Positions 9,837-22,747 of a stretch of 27,250 nucleotides of DNA are shown one piece after another. This DNA is from Octopus sinensis (lineage: Eukaryota). The position numbers were made by a program, and so were the translations under genes. The stretch is from positions 1-27,250 of the forward strand of contig NW_021834062.1 in NCBI RefSeq assembly GCF_006345805.1, read 5' to 3'. Numbering within the stretch: the first letter of the stretch is position 1; each line of letters opens with the position of its first letter. Below the pieces are notes generated by a model. The model was given only the letters and a program-made list of their open reading frames with translations. It searched no databases and was not told where the DNA came from.

Positions 9837-10546
9837 CATATATATGTATATGTATATATATGTATGCATATACATATATATGTATGTGTATACAAGCAAA
9901 CACACAGACACACATACACACACTCACTCACATATATATATATATATATACATTTATAGACACATACATATACACGCACACATGCTAATATACGTTTACC
10001 AGCCACCCCCACACGCAATTACATGGAAATATATACACTCGCATTTACGTCTGTAGCCATATACACACACTTAAACAACTAGACAGACGATCACACGTAC
10101 ACACTTAGGCACCTTCACACACACGCAAACACACAGGGCAATATACGAACTCTAACCCACGGCATACACTTTCGTATACACACAAGTTCACACACCACAC
10201 ATACGCACACACACACACACATACACGTATAAAGGATCACCTAAAAGATGCGCACATTGAAACGTATAAAGTCAGTCATCCACTTGTACATACACATAGT
10301 CACACATACACACAGATAAGCTCTCACACACACTCGCAGACACACACGCTGACATACGTACATATACAAACCTCTTCGCTTTGACACTGACTAGCAGACT
10401 CTCTCACGCAGTCAAAATCACACAGCCAGACACATACATAAACACAATCACAAACTGACATACGACACACGGTACACGTTTTTTTGTAGATACATACACA
10501 GATAAGATAGGAAGATAAGAACAATTACATCTACACTTACATAATT

Positions 10547-10578
<32 letters not shown>

Positions 10579-10803
10579 GTATATATGGATATGAATCAAG
10601 GAAGTCGGTGAACGCCTGGGATTTACACACAAACACACTCATACGCGGAAGCGGACACACATACACAGACACACAGATACACACACACGGACATACATAC
10701 ACACAATCACACACAAACTCGTACAAACACAGGTGGTTGTAAGTGCATACACACATATATACTTCCTGTTTTATACAAATATACTCAGACACACACATAC
10801 ACG

Positions 10804-10849
<46 letters not shown>

Positions 10850-11193
10850 CATGTATGTAGATATAGATATATATATGCATTTATACACATACACAAACAC
10901 ATCTAAGCACAGGTGCATTCGAGTATAAATACACTAATACACACATACATACGTGCACACTTACATATACACATGCATATATATACATTCACACACTCGT
11001 ATACACCCACATACAAACTATCACGTATAGACACAGGTGTGTGCTCGCAAGTATAAATACACACACGCATACATACACACATAGATATATAGATATATAC
11101 ATACATACATACATACATACATACATACATACATACACACACATACATACATACATTCATACATACATACATACATACATACATACATACACA

Positions 11194-11226
<33 letters not shown>

Positions 11227-11340
11227 CATACATATATACATACATGCACACATACATATGCATACTTACACACAGACGTACATCTCGCGTACGCAAACAA
11301 ACCCTCACATCTTTACCATCGCACACACGCACACAGCTCT
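9180..11340. repeat. 2-kb compound microsatellite field: (CA)n, (TA)n, (TACA)n
   Basis: Directly visible; near-pure (TACA)n at about 11097-11245. Confidence 0.9.
9440..9595. repeat. 37-bp minisatellite, 4 copies, built from microsatellite motifs
   Basis: ACATCAT recurs at 9467, 9504, 9541 and 9578, preceded alternately by CACCT and CACAT. Confidence 0.85.
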
Positions 11341-11789
11341 ACTCACATGTCTGTCTTTGAAAGTTTTCTTACGACGCGCGAAGTTATTCGAAGATTCCAC
11401 ACAACTATTATCTCACACACGATACAAAACGTCCACACAAGCTGTTTTCAATATCCGAGTTTATTACTATATATTTTAATACCAGGGATATTCCATGGGT
11501 AAGTCACGATTATAAAATATCTTATATTTATTTCATTTTTACAGAAAAATCGAACGGATATTTAATATCATTTCTTTGTAAATTGTTGCTAGGGTTTGGT
11601 CCCAACTTTGATCCTTTACCAAGCCCTACGTTAATGAAATATGATTCAGGGTTTTTACAAAATTGTCCTTTGATACATGTGTCCCTTATTTAATCTGTTA
11701 ACGGTTTATAAGGTATAATACGTAAGATATTTGCGCGTTGTTTCTAGAAGGATGTGTGGTCATGTCGAGGTTCGATCGTCGGAGGCCCG

Positions 11790-11920
11790 TATTGTTGTCG
11801 ATGTTCATATTATTGCTGCCACCGTTGTTGTTGTCGTTGTTATTGTTGTTGCTATTGTAGTCGTTGTTATAGTTCTTGTTGTTTTTCGTGTTTGTTGTTG
11901 TTGTGGTTGTTGTTCTTGCT
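11790..11920. repeat. Degenerate (GTT)n microsatellite
   Basis: Directly visible. Confidence 0.8.
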
Positions 11921-12441
11921 GTCAGTTTCGATGTGGAAGTAGCTGATATTAGCGCGTCTCATCCGCCCCTCCTTCTCTCCTTCCTCTCACACTCTCTACA
12001 TCTCTCTCTCTATATCTGTCAGTGTCGCTCTCTTTCAATAGCTGTCACTTACTCTCTCTCTCTCTCTTTGCCAATAATAATCGACGTGGTGGTCCAAAAT
12101 GGAATACAGTGCATGTGTTTTTTTTATCGTAATTGTATTTAATTTAATCGTTCTGATTTCAAATTCTGCCACATTATCATTCAACAAAAATAAGTACCAG
12201 TTATATAATTGGTACCAATTTAGTCGAATATAATTGATGATACGATGCCTGTGTGTTTATGTTAAAAATCGCTACTGTTTATTATTTGTTATATTTTTTT
12301 TAAAGCATCTTCACTCATCATAACCACGGGTCCACAGCTGACCATGGATTTAAAGTATTGGAAGTCATATGTGCATTTCTAACGACCCCACCCCACGCAC
12401 CAATTGGGCATCTTTGTGGCAAATAAAATAAATTATTATTA

Positions 12442-13357
12442 TCGGTATTTCGTCTGTCGTTACGTTCTGAGTTCAAATTCCACCGAGGCCGACTTTGCCT
12501 TTCATCCTTTCGGGGTCGCTTAAATGAGTACCAGTTACACACTGTCACACTGGAATTGATGTAATCGACTTAATTCCTTTGTCTGTCCTTGTTTGTCCCC
12601 TTTATGTTTAGCCACCTGTTGGCAACAAGGAAATAAAAATTACTTTCGGTATTTCGTCGGTCTTTGCGGTCTGAGTTCAAATTCCGCCAAGGTCGACTTT
12701 GCCTTCCAAAATTTCGGGATGAATAAAATAAAACTGATTACTGGGATCGATGTAATTGATCAGCACCATCCCTAAACTGCCTACAGTAGAATCGATTATT
12801 ATTGTTGTTGTAATTTTTTTTTTTTTTTTTGCTGTAATTAAGGTGGTGAAATGGCAGCACGGTTAGCACGTGGAAGAAACATTTTTAGCGCTGCCTAAAT
12901 TTTGCGAGTTCGTATGACACTGAGGTCAGCGTTTTCGAGGTCGATAAAATAAACTACAACTTGAGCAGTAGGTTCGATATCATGGAGTTTCACTTTTATA
13001 AAATTTGGTAGCATTGTGCAAAAATTAGGATGTAGTATTTTTGTTGTTGTTAAGGCATCGAGATTGCAGAATGGTTAGCATGCTGGATAAAATGCTTCGC
13101 GGTATCTCTTCCAGCTTCACCGTTCTGTGTTCTAATAGCGCCAGGGTCAACTTTTACTTTCTTCATTTCGGGCTCAATATGTTAAGTATCAGGGAACACT
13201 GGGGTTGATATAATCGACTGTTCCCCTCCACCAAAATTTCAGACCTTGCGCCTTCTTCTTCTTCTTTTCTTCTTCTTCTTAATATTATTTTATTATTATT
13301 ATTATTATTTTATTAATTATTATATTATTATTATTATTATTATTATCATTATTATTA

Positions 13358-13389
<32 letters not shown>

Positions 13390-13545
13390 GTTACTAAATT
13401 TCACCGAGGTCGACTTTGCTTTCATCCTTCCGGGGTTGACAAATTGAGTACCGGTAAAACACTGAAGTCGATGATATCGACTAGTCCCCTCCCCCCAAAT
13501 ATTAGGCCTTTTGCCTTAAGTAGAAAGGATTATTATTATTATTAC

Positions 13546-13587
<42 letters not shown>

Positions 13588-13785
13588 TACGGCGGTGGGC
13601 TGACGGAATCGTTAGCACGCCGGGCGAAATGCTTAACAGTATTTCCTCTGTTGCTATGTTCTGAGTTCAAATTCTTCCGAGGTCGACTGTGCCTTTCATC
13701 CCTTCGGTATCGATTAAATAAGTACCAGTTACCCCCTGGGGGTCGATGTTATCGATTTACCTCCCCAACGAAAATTTCAGACACT
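12442..13785 (+). mobile_element. Head-to-tail cluster of six family A SINEs separated by (TAT)n/(TGT)n/(CTT)n
   Basis: Copies at about 12442-12636, 12647-12800, 12840-13040, 13052-13255, 13396-13530 and 13590-13785, each containing all or part of gagttcaaattc..gaggtcgactttgcctttcatcc..cgataaa..agtaccag. Fainter copies at about 12150-12230 and 14015-14100. Confidence 0.88.
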
Positions 13786-13815
13786 TATTACTACTGTTGT
13801 TATTATTATTATGAA

Positions 13816-13907
13816 TAGTAGTAGTTGCAGCAGCAGCAGCAGCAGCAGTAGTAGCAGTAGTAGTAGTAGTAGTAGTGGTAGTAGTAGTAGTAGTAGCAGC
13901 AGCAGCA
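13816..13907. repeat. (TAG)n/(CAG)n compound microsatellite
   Basis: Directly visible. Confidence 0.92.
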
Positions 13908-14250
13908 TTTGTTCGTGCATTTGGTTGCAGTATTCTGCCCAGCATCTTGACAACTGTTACTAATAAAAGACATTGAATAACAGAATCAATAGGGTGTCAG
14001 AAGAATTCTTGAGTTATTGCTTCCGATTCTTCACATTATGAGCGAAGCCGTAGTGAACTTTGACTTTCATCTTTCCGGGTGGATAACGAAGAGTACCAAT
14101 CCTATCCGTACAAAATATTTACCCACGCAAATCTTGTCGCTATAATATAGAACCAGCCCGTGCCTGACAGACTAAATTATAATCAAACACATTGAATCCC
14201 CAACCGTCTAGTCTTATTTTCCAGGGCAATTTAATTATGAAAGGATTAAA

Positions 14251-14409
14251 CGCAGGCGTGGCTGTGTGGCAAGAAGCCTGCTTCCCAACTACATTGTTCC
14301 TGGTTCAGTCTTATTGCATGGCACCTTGGCCCAATGTCATATACTTGAGCCATGGGTCGACCAAAGCCTTGTGAGTGAATTTCGTAGACAGGAACTGAAA
14401 GAAGCTGAT

Positions 14410-14448
<39 letters not shown>

Positions 14449-14805
14449 CAGGTGTTGATTTAGTATTTAGTATTTGATTTAGTATTTCTAAATTGAATTC
14501 TTTTTCCTTGTAAGTTTGGATTTTATTCCCTAAATAATTATATATATATATATATATATATGCGTGTGTGTTGTGTGTGTGTATCATTCATGTATGTATA
14601 TGTGGCTCTGCGTGCGTGTGTGTCCCACCACTGCTTGACAACCCGTATTGGTGTGTTTACGTCCCCATTATGTAGCGAACCGGCAGAAGAGCTCGATAGA
14701 ATAAGTACCAGGTTTAAAAAAATCCTAGGGTCGATTCGTTCAACTAAAAGTGCTTCAAGGCGCTGCCCTAGCTTGGCCGCAGTCTAATGAATGAAACAAG
14801 TAAAA
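14251..14805 (+). mobile_element. Family B SINE, diverged, with extra sequence in its internal microsatellite
   Basis: Head at 14251-14410; 3' module at about 14615-14805 (gcttgacaacc...ggtgtgtttacgtcccc...gatagaataagtac...gaaacaagtaaaa). Confidence 0.85.
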
Positions 14806-16124
14806 AATAGATGTTAAATTATGTAAGATGACAGGATTTGATTCAAGGAACATTTTGTTGTGTTTGTAAGAAGTGAAACGACTCACTACGGCGACACCCT
14901 CCTTTCATACGATCGATGTTCTCCTTGATGCCATTCTTCGAAATATTGCGATTGCGTTTATTTCATTGGCGGAGTCGTTACAGCCTCGGATATAAAAGCC
15001 GGTAGTAATTGTCTCGCTTCTATGACATTCTAAGATCAAGTCACGCCAATGCCAACGTTCTCTTTCGTATTTTCAATACCAATTCCAGAGTAGTTGTTAA
15101 GCGGAATTGACGTTTCATCTACTGATATGCGATAGAGTAACAATTTTGGTTCTCTAGGTTCTGGGTTCAGACTCTGCCAAGTTCGGTTTTGCCTGTCATC
15201 TTTCGTGGATCTATGAAAATATATCAATCGCAGGTGTTTGCGTTGGCGAAATTGTTAGAATGCCAGAGGGGATGTCCTGTAGTATTACCATGGCTATTTC
15301 CGTTCTTAGTGTACATTCCGCCATACACTAACTTCCAAATCTTCTTATCTCACCAAATAAGACTTTCGTTGAACCCATAACTGTCCAACATGATAAAGCA
15401 GGCCAAAACCCAGCAGAGATAAGCTGACAAGAGCATGTTGAGGCTCCCATTCAATTATGCTGACTGGTTGACTCTTTTCATGTTGTTTAGGTATAGGATG
15501 TTTTTTTTTATTTTGTCTTATTCTTCATAAATGTTTTAAAACTGTATTTGGATGCTATTCGTAGCAATTGAAGAAGCCACGCAATATCTCCTTTCAAGTC
15601 GCTAAGGATTTTTTTCGTTGATGTTATTACTGTAATTGTAAGAGCCTTGGGAACCGCAAACTAATTGTAACGTCTCAACGAAACAAAACGCGAAACTGGA
15701 GTTTCGCAATTTGTTTGACGCTCGTTCTACTACAGTTACACAACTCCAATACACAATCAAATCTTCAGCATCACACATTTCCTTGAAAATCAGAAAGTCT
15801 TTATTAGTGGTCATGCAATCTCTTATTTGTCACGAGACAATTCATAAGGCGGGATTCGATTAAATTGACCGGAGGATTTTACTGGAATTTATTTAATTGA
15901 TCTACGCAAGTTCGAAGACAACTTCTTGAATTTGGGTCTATGGACAAAACTTCTGATTTATGTAATTGGTTTCTATTGATATTTAGATAAAATAAAGTGA
16001 TTGGTTATAACATTCAAGGAAGTCAAGCACTGGCTGGTTGCCTGCCGTTCCTCGCCCTTACACACATAAACACACACACACACACATACATATACATACA
16101 CGTATGTGTAAATATATATATAAT

Positions 16125-16159
<35 letters not shown>

Positions 16160-16165
<6 letters not shown>

Positions 16166-16460
16166 GAAAGAATGGAGTCGAACGAAGATTTTAACAAAAT
16201 TCTTTACTCTCAGCACATGTTTCGAAGACTGCATACTCTTAATTCGAAACATGTGTTGAGAGTAAAGGAATTTTGTTAAAATCTTCGTTCGACTCCATTC
16301 TTTCATTTATTCGTTTAAAAAAAACACACAACTTTCCACACAAGAACACGGGGTTCTGCACTTGGCATGTAGCTTCAACCGTGTTTTCTGACGTGAATTT
16401 GCTACCCAGGTATCGATTAACCGAATTATCCATACTAGGATAATTCATTCACCTACTTAA
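16160..16460 (+). mobile_element. Fold-back element between (TA)n tracts
   Basis: Arms at 16160-16226 and 16243-16310 differ by one substitution and one indel; 16-nt loop. The right arm begins TTCGAAACATGT and unique sequence continues to (TA)n at 16460. Confidence 0.65.
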
Positions 16461-16483
16461 ATATATATATATATATATATATA

Positions 16484-16539
<56 letters not shown>

Positions 16540-17166
16540 GTATATATGTGTATATATGTATATATATATTTATATAGATACCACATACATACATACACAG
16601 AAACATATACACACAGGCACATACCTATATAATAGATATACTAAGTACACCAGCCCGACCATGTGCATGCGTGCGTGTGCAGTATACAGTTTTTTCTGTA
16701 TATATACATCGAAAATACTATTTCTCGCGCATATAGCAATTATGGAAGGAAAACGAAATATGGAACAGCAGAACATATTTTCAGCTATTATGAATCCTAC
16801 GTACAATCGTATGTTAACAACGTGATCGACGTCGCCATATTTAACTGTATTATGGAGTCAGAGAGAGAGTGAGTAGGTGTGCTGAAGAAATGGCTGAAGA
16901 ATATATCATGATATGCCATTGTTGTATTAAACAATACGAACAAAGTTGCTGAAGAAAGAAACTACAGAATTTCTCGATCTTCGTCTCAATGTAACATTGA
17001 AGATAATTGTGACAGTCAATACTGGAATATTAGCATTGATATTATTTACAAAATATTATCCTACGTTCTATAATAAAATATGATTAAACAAAGAAATTAT
17101 TAAGATAATCATCTCGTCTTTTGTTGTAAATTCAGTTTAATAGACTGCTTAAGTAACACGAGCAGA

Positions 17167-17300
17167 CAAAGAAGCTCGCTTTCCAATCCCCAGGTTTCGG
17201 ATTTGATTCTGACTCTTGGGCCAGTTCTTTTAATATAAAGTCATGTCGACCCCACTTTTCGGAGTAAAATGACAGACGCAAAAACTTTGTGGAAGGCTGA
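17167..17300 (+). mobile_element. Very degenerate family B SINE head
   Basis: aagaagctcgctttccaatccccaggtttcgg..cttgggccagttctt aligns with the family B head. Confidence 0.5.
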
Positions 17301-17439
17301 GGGACAGATTGTATCAGAAGGTCTAGACTTGTCTCAATATGTCTTACTGATTACAAGAAACATTTCCTTTAATAGTAAATGTGTCTGTGGAATGACTCTA
17401 CTTGCAGGCTGATTTATTAATTAGTTCAGTTGAGGGCGC

Positions 17440-18113
17440 AACCGAAAAACCTAAACATATGTAGATCGATTGTTAAAGGATTATAGTAAGGTCATAGAAG
17501 GAAAAGAGACAACTTCTTTGTAGCAACTTGCTGCAATTCTTCCAAATACGAAAACAGGAACAATAATAGAATACATTGATCAGCTTCAATGAATTGGACA
17601 GCTTCTTGAAAGATTATTCCTTGTTACAAAACATTTACCGGCCGACCAGTAAATGTTGTTCAATAAATGCTCATGTTTCCTTTCCGGTCTTGTCTATACA
17701 TAACGGCTACAAGTAAGTATAATAGAAATGGTGTGAGCAGCGGCTAAGTTTCAGCAACTGGGAGTGTACATATAAATCTCGAAAAGTAGACGCTTCCAAA
17801 ACTGCGTTGGTTGCGTTATTAATGCCACCGACCTAAATATATATCAGGAACATGCAAAAGAGATTGCAGCTGTTCGGAAACTGGGTGTATGAAGACAAAT
17901 CGAAAGGTCGTTGTGTGAAGCCTAGTTGGAAACAATCCTGTTCTCAAAGATTATTCGGAAATAAAAAGAAAAAAGGAAGGAATTCATCACTGACGTTATG
18001 AGGTTAACCATCTTCCATCATAAGAAATGAATATCAATCAATATTTTACTTTTGTAGTTCAGTGAAAAATAATAGAATGAAAAGAAATATCTCCCACTTT
18101 TTGCGGTTCTATA
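17440..18113 (+). mobile_element. Possible highly decayed mariner-like transposon
   Basis: Fragments TTSL*QLAA, TIIEYIDQLQ*IG and VTKHLPADQ occur in the order of mariner HTH/WVPHEL motifs; ends ...cactttttgcggttcta-TA. No catalytic motif resolvable. Confidence 0.3.
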
Positions 18114-18575
18114 TATACGTGTGAGGGTATCTATATAAGCAAGCACTCATGTGTGTGTGTGTGTGTGTATGTGCAAGCGCACGTGTGTTATGTATACATC
18201 CATATACATATATTTATATGTATATATGTAATATATTCATGCATGTATATACATGGGTGTGGGTGGGTACGTACACACTCACACTCACACACACACACTC
18301 ACACTTACATGTACACAAATTAAAATGCATGGATAATTTTCTTTTTTGTTACACTAGTTAAACTTCATTGCTGAAAATAAATACCAAAGGTTTTATCTTT
18401 TCGCGTACAGGAATGATAACAAGAAAAATAGACTCGTTGGAAGTTCTTCAGACAAACAGTATCCATACATTTTCTACAAAAACATATTGTTGTTTAGAAT
18501 TTATATAGACCCTGACACAAATAAATAGGTCTAATTTTGATAAATATTTATTAAATGTTTAATAGATACTACGTT

Positions 18576-18796
18576 TTAAAGCGGCGAGCTGGCAGAGTCA
18601 TTAGCACGTCGGGCAAAATGCTTAGTGGTATTTCGTCTGTCTTTACGTTTTGAGTTTAAATTCCACAGATGTCGACTTTACCTATCACTCTTTCGGGGTC
18701 GATAAATTAAGTACCAGTTGCGTACTGGAGTCAGTGTTATCGAGTGGCACCCATCCCCAACATTTCGAGCCTTATGCCTAGAGGAGAAAAGAATAA
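18576..18796 (+). mobile_element. Full-length family A SINE with 10-bp TSD
   Basis: Head gcggcgagctggcagagtcattagc, core and tail present; ATACTACGTT at 18566-18575 and 18797-18806. Confidence 0.92.
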
Positions 18797-18911
18797 ATAC
18801 TACGTTATATATATATATATATATATATATACACAAATATATATATATATATATATGTATATATATCAAAAGGAGGATGTGTTATAATTCTATAGTTATA
18901 CCAACAATCTA

Positions 18912-18947
<36 letters not shown>

Positions 18948-18994
18948 ATATATATAAGTATACGTATGTGTGTGTTTATATATATTCTTTTAAT

Positions 18995-19175
18995 TTCCTT
19001 TTATTTGTTTTAGTCATTTGACTCCAGCCATGCTGGAGCATCGCCTTTTAGTCGAAGAAATCGACACCAGGACTTACTCGTTTTAAGTCTGGTACTTATT
19101 CTATCACTTTCTTTCACCGAACCATTAGAAAGTCAAACTTAAACAAACCACGGCTATTGTCCTTGGGGTGGACAA
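18995..19175 (-). mobile_element. Family B SINE 3' module
   Basis: agtcatttgact..gccatgctggagca..gcctttt..agtcga..aatcgac matches 3700-3800. Confidence 0.85.
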
Positions 19176-19732
19176 AGAACTTGTTGCAAATGATTAGCTC
19201 GTAGGAGAAAGAATACCGATTTCTACTATGTAAAATCTTGAAAGCAACCAAAGTGTTACTTTTAGTATGAATATTACTTTTATAAAATTACATATTCTGA
19301 CGACATGTATTAAATAATTAATTTATTCTGCACTTCACATTGTGTATTACATCGCTTGTGAGCAATTTCGTATATTTGGAATTTCAACAAAGAACAATGA
19401 CTTGAGAAGAAGAAAAATTTTGCGATGAATATGGATGTTGTAAACGTCAGGATTAAGATGCAAATACGAATAGAAAGGCAAGCTATACTCTTCTCTGCAG
19501 AGGCGTTCTCTACATATGCTGGCGCTGTAGTTATCTCTTCTCTTTCTAAAGAGAAATGTTAATCCGATTTCTAGACTGGAAGAGTATCGTTGAAAATGTA
19601 AATTATTCTGTCTAATAAAAGGTTATATTCGTAGAAACCCGTACCAAACACAATGCTTTTATTCGAGCCAGTCAATTACGTTATTTCATTATTTAGTTAA
19701 TCTGTAATTTTGCTATCACCATGTGTCAACGT

Positions 19733-19767
<35 letters not shown>

Positions 19768-19769
19768 AC

Positions 19770-19802
<33 letters not shown>

Positions 19803-19949
19803 CACACGCACACACGCACTCGCACACACCCCACACATCCACACACTCTAGCCACCCCCACCCCCCACACACAAAGACATGTCCATATATTTATCAGTCT
19901 AAATATACGTTCGTTAAGTAATCTGGCGATTTACAACCCAAACTTTTAG

Positions 19950-19972
19950 TTACCTATCTATCTATCTATCTG

Positions 19973-20033
<61 letters not shown>

Positions 20034-20034
20034 A
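19950..20034. repeat. (TCTA)n microsatellite, left part; right part at 21035-21165
   Basis: Directly visible. Confidence 0.95.
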
Positions 20035-20835
20035 GGGAGGTACGACGACGAGCTCGGGGCGAACCTGGACGTCGACGAGGAGTACCTGACCGCCTGTCGG
20101 GACGACTTTCGGGCCAGGGCCCATGGACAACTTCCAGAGATCCCTGGCCTGGCAGTGCTACCGAGAAGCGCTACCGTTCGGGTGGAGAAGTCTACAGAAC
20201 GGCTCGAGAACAGGGGCCGACCTGCCCGAGATGCGGTCAGAGCGACGAAACCGTCTGCACGCACTCGTTCAGTGTCCAACAATTTCCGACCTGTGGGCTT
20301 ATGTCGAAAAACTGCTGTCAGTGTGGACGAGTCGGTTTATCAGCTGAGTCTATCGTCAATATTGTCACGCCTCCTTCCTTCAAACGGGAAGGAAGAGCTA
20401 TTTTCATCATCCTTGTGGCTATGGCGAAAGAATGTATATGGTGGACGCGTCTGAAAGGATTGGAGACAACACTTTCCTCTCTGGTCAATCTCTCATCAAC
20501 TTCTTCAAGTACCACTTGAAAAGGAAAGTGAGAGTAGAGAGGCAAGTTTGTCTAGCGAATGTTTTAAAAAAAGATGGGTGAATGTAGCAAGAATGGCACG
20601 TATGAATGACGAAGCCACCTTGAGCATAGTCCTATGAACCCAGAAATCGAAAAAGAGAGTTGCTTATTTGCAAAAAAAAAAAAAAAAAAAGAAATATAAA
20701 AGTGACTTCATTGACCGAGGTTACCGTGGTCTTTTCCGTAGGCTTTTCTTTCCCGGTAAAACCTCACCTGTCCTCCCTTTACATTCATATTGACATTTCT
20801 GTGATAACGATCCTATTGATCATTTTTTTTCCTCT

Positions 20836-20866
<31 letters not shown>

Positions 20867-20932
20867 TTAACCCCCCCTTTTTTTTGTCCTCTTTCTCTCC
20901 TTTTACGATCCTTTTGATCGAAACTCCCCTTT

Positions 20933-20968
<36 letters not shown>

Positions 20969-21034
20969 CTTCAAAGAAAAAGCTCTACCTGGTATTTGTT
21001 CTATCTGTGGCATCCTGTGTGGCTAAAAAGAAAC
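20035..21034 (+). mobile_element. 5'-truncated L1/Tx1-type LINE: ORF2 C-terminal zinc-binding region plus T/C-rich 3' UTR
   Basis: Frameshifted MDNFQRSLAWQCYREALP...TCPRCGQSDET..HALVQCPTISDLWAYVEKLL (CxxC..ETxxH...C, zf-RVT-like), AMAKECIWWTRLKG, FFKYHLKRKVRVER..RWVNVARM, stop at 20635-20637. Short A-rich end at 21025-21034. Confidence 0.88.
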
Positions 21035-21059
21035 ATATCTATCTACCTATCTACCTATC

Positions 21060-21098
<39 letters not shown>

Positions 21099-21621
21099 AT
21101 CTATCAATCAATCTATCTATCTATCATCTATCTATCTATCTATCTACCTATCTATCTATATATCTACACACACACAGACACACACACACAACATATAATA
21201 ATATATATATATATATATATATAATATTATATATACATACATATATGTATTATATATCCACATATGTATATGTATATATTTCTGTGTGTTTGTATGTATG
21301 CTTGTGTGAATACACACGTCTGTGTATGTGTGTATATCTGAATGTGTGCGCGTGTAGTGTACAATTAAATGAATTGAATGAATGATTGGAGATGTTCTAT
21401 GTCTTTACCAGCATATGGCGATGTACACGTGGAACATAAAACCACACTCGTCCACGCAGACAAACATACATGCGGTCATACATATATGCTTACATGCATG
21501 CATACGCAGACATATATGTATACATATACGTAGATATTAAGTATATTTATGCACAATGTATGTCAATATATATAGATATATATATATATATATATAGATA
21601 TAAATATATATATATATATAT

Positions 21622-21727
<106 letters not shown>

Positions 21728-21840
21728 TATATTATATATATATATATATAAATTAAATTTAGGGTAAAAATTGATATTTATCAATTAGAACCAGTGGTCT
21801 AGCATATTAAAGAAAGAATCTGAAGATTAAAATATTTATA

Positions 21841-21950
21841 TATACCAATTAAGGACTGCACACATAAACTTTTTGTGGAGAATGGCGATTTGACGTCTAT
21901 ATCTAGCATGTTGACTGTCCACTTTTCGTGTGCAGTCCTTAATTGGTATA
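21841..21950. mobile_element. Small fold-back / MITE-like element in (TA)n
   Basis: Perfect 23-bp inverted repeats tataccaattaaggactgcacac (21841-21863) and gtgtgcagtccttaattggtata (21928-21950), 64-bp spacer. Confidence 0.65.
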
Positions 21951-22054
21951 TATATATATATATTATATATAATATATCCAATATATATATATATATATGA
22001 TTATATATATATATATATATATATATAAATATATATATATACAAATATATGTAT

Positions 22055-22099
<45 letters not shown>

Positions 22100-22747
22100 A
22101 TACATATATATAGATATACATATATAGATAGATAGATACGTATGTATGAACGAGTGGGTGTGTGTGATAAACTATAGATACAGGAAACGTATATATTTGA
22201 AGCCATACAAATGTAAAACTATAGCTGTTGACAGGAAGCTGATATCCATATTTGGACTAGAGCTGTTTATATATATTTTCAGTTCTATAATTATAGAGTA
22301 AGCGAGTGATTACCACGTTGTCTACACTGTATCGATTGCTACAACGTATCTTCAGGTTTTTCTTACTCCCTTTCATGTGATCTGCTGTGCAAGAAGGCAG
22401 GCAGAGGAATAAGTATAATTGCCACTTTTCAGTTTGTGCGAAGCAAGCAACTGGATGCGTGATCAAAAAAAAAAAATCGTAATGTTTTAAATGAAGACTT
22501 CAAATGAACGAAGAAGCTGAAGCGTTCCGACCAACGTATTCCAGTTAGATACTGGCAGAATCAAGGAATTCTGTTCAAAACGGTCACTTCATAATCATCT
22601 GGTTAAAGGTTCGATTATAATGCCCCGCATATTGTTTAGTGTCTTTGAGGAAGCCTTACAGATAAGACGCAATTGGCGAAAACAACTGGCGTCATAGATG
22701 CACACATACACTCATACACTCACACATACACATGCATACTGTTATAT

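Noticed and set aside
11480-11545. G|GTAAGT donor at 11499 and tttttacAG acceptor at 11544
   Set aside because: The implied intron is only 46 nt and flanking frames are uninformative; the sites could be real individually but are unsupported.
11698-11963. Stop-free minus-strand Thr/Asn-rich frame (..NNDNNNGGSNNMNIDNNTGLRRSNLD..)
   Set aside because: Derived from degenerate (AAC)n, which lacks stops; no convincing start or splice acceptor.
12442-13785. CRISPR-like regular repeat spacing
   Set aside because: Units are diverged 150-200 bp SINEs in eukaryotic DNA; no constant short repeat with unique spacers and no cas genes.
15330-15815. Possible Tc1/mariner remnant on minus; similar faint mariner-like traces at about 19360-19660 and 22370-22680
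   Set aside because: Only scattered 4-6 residue resemblances; needs a profile-HMM search to support.
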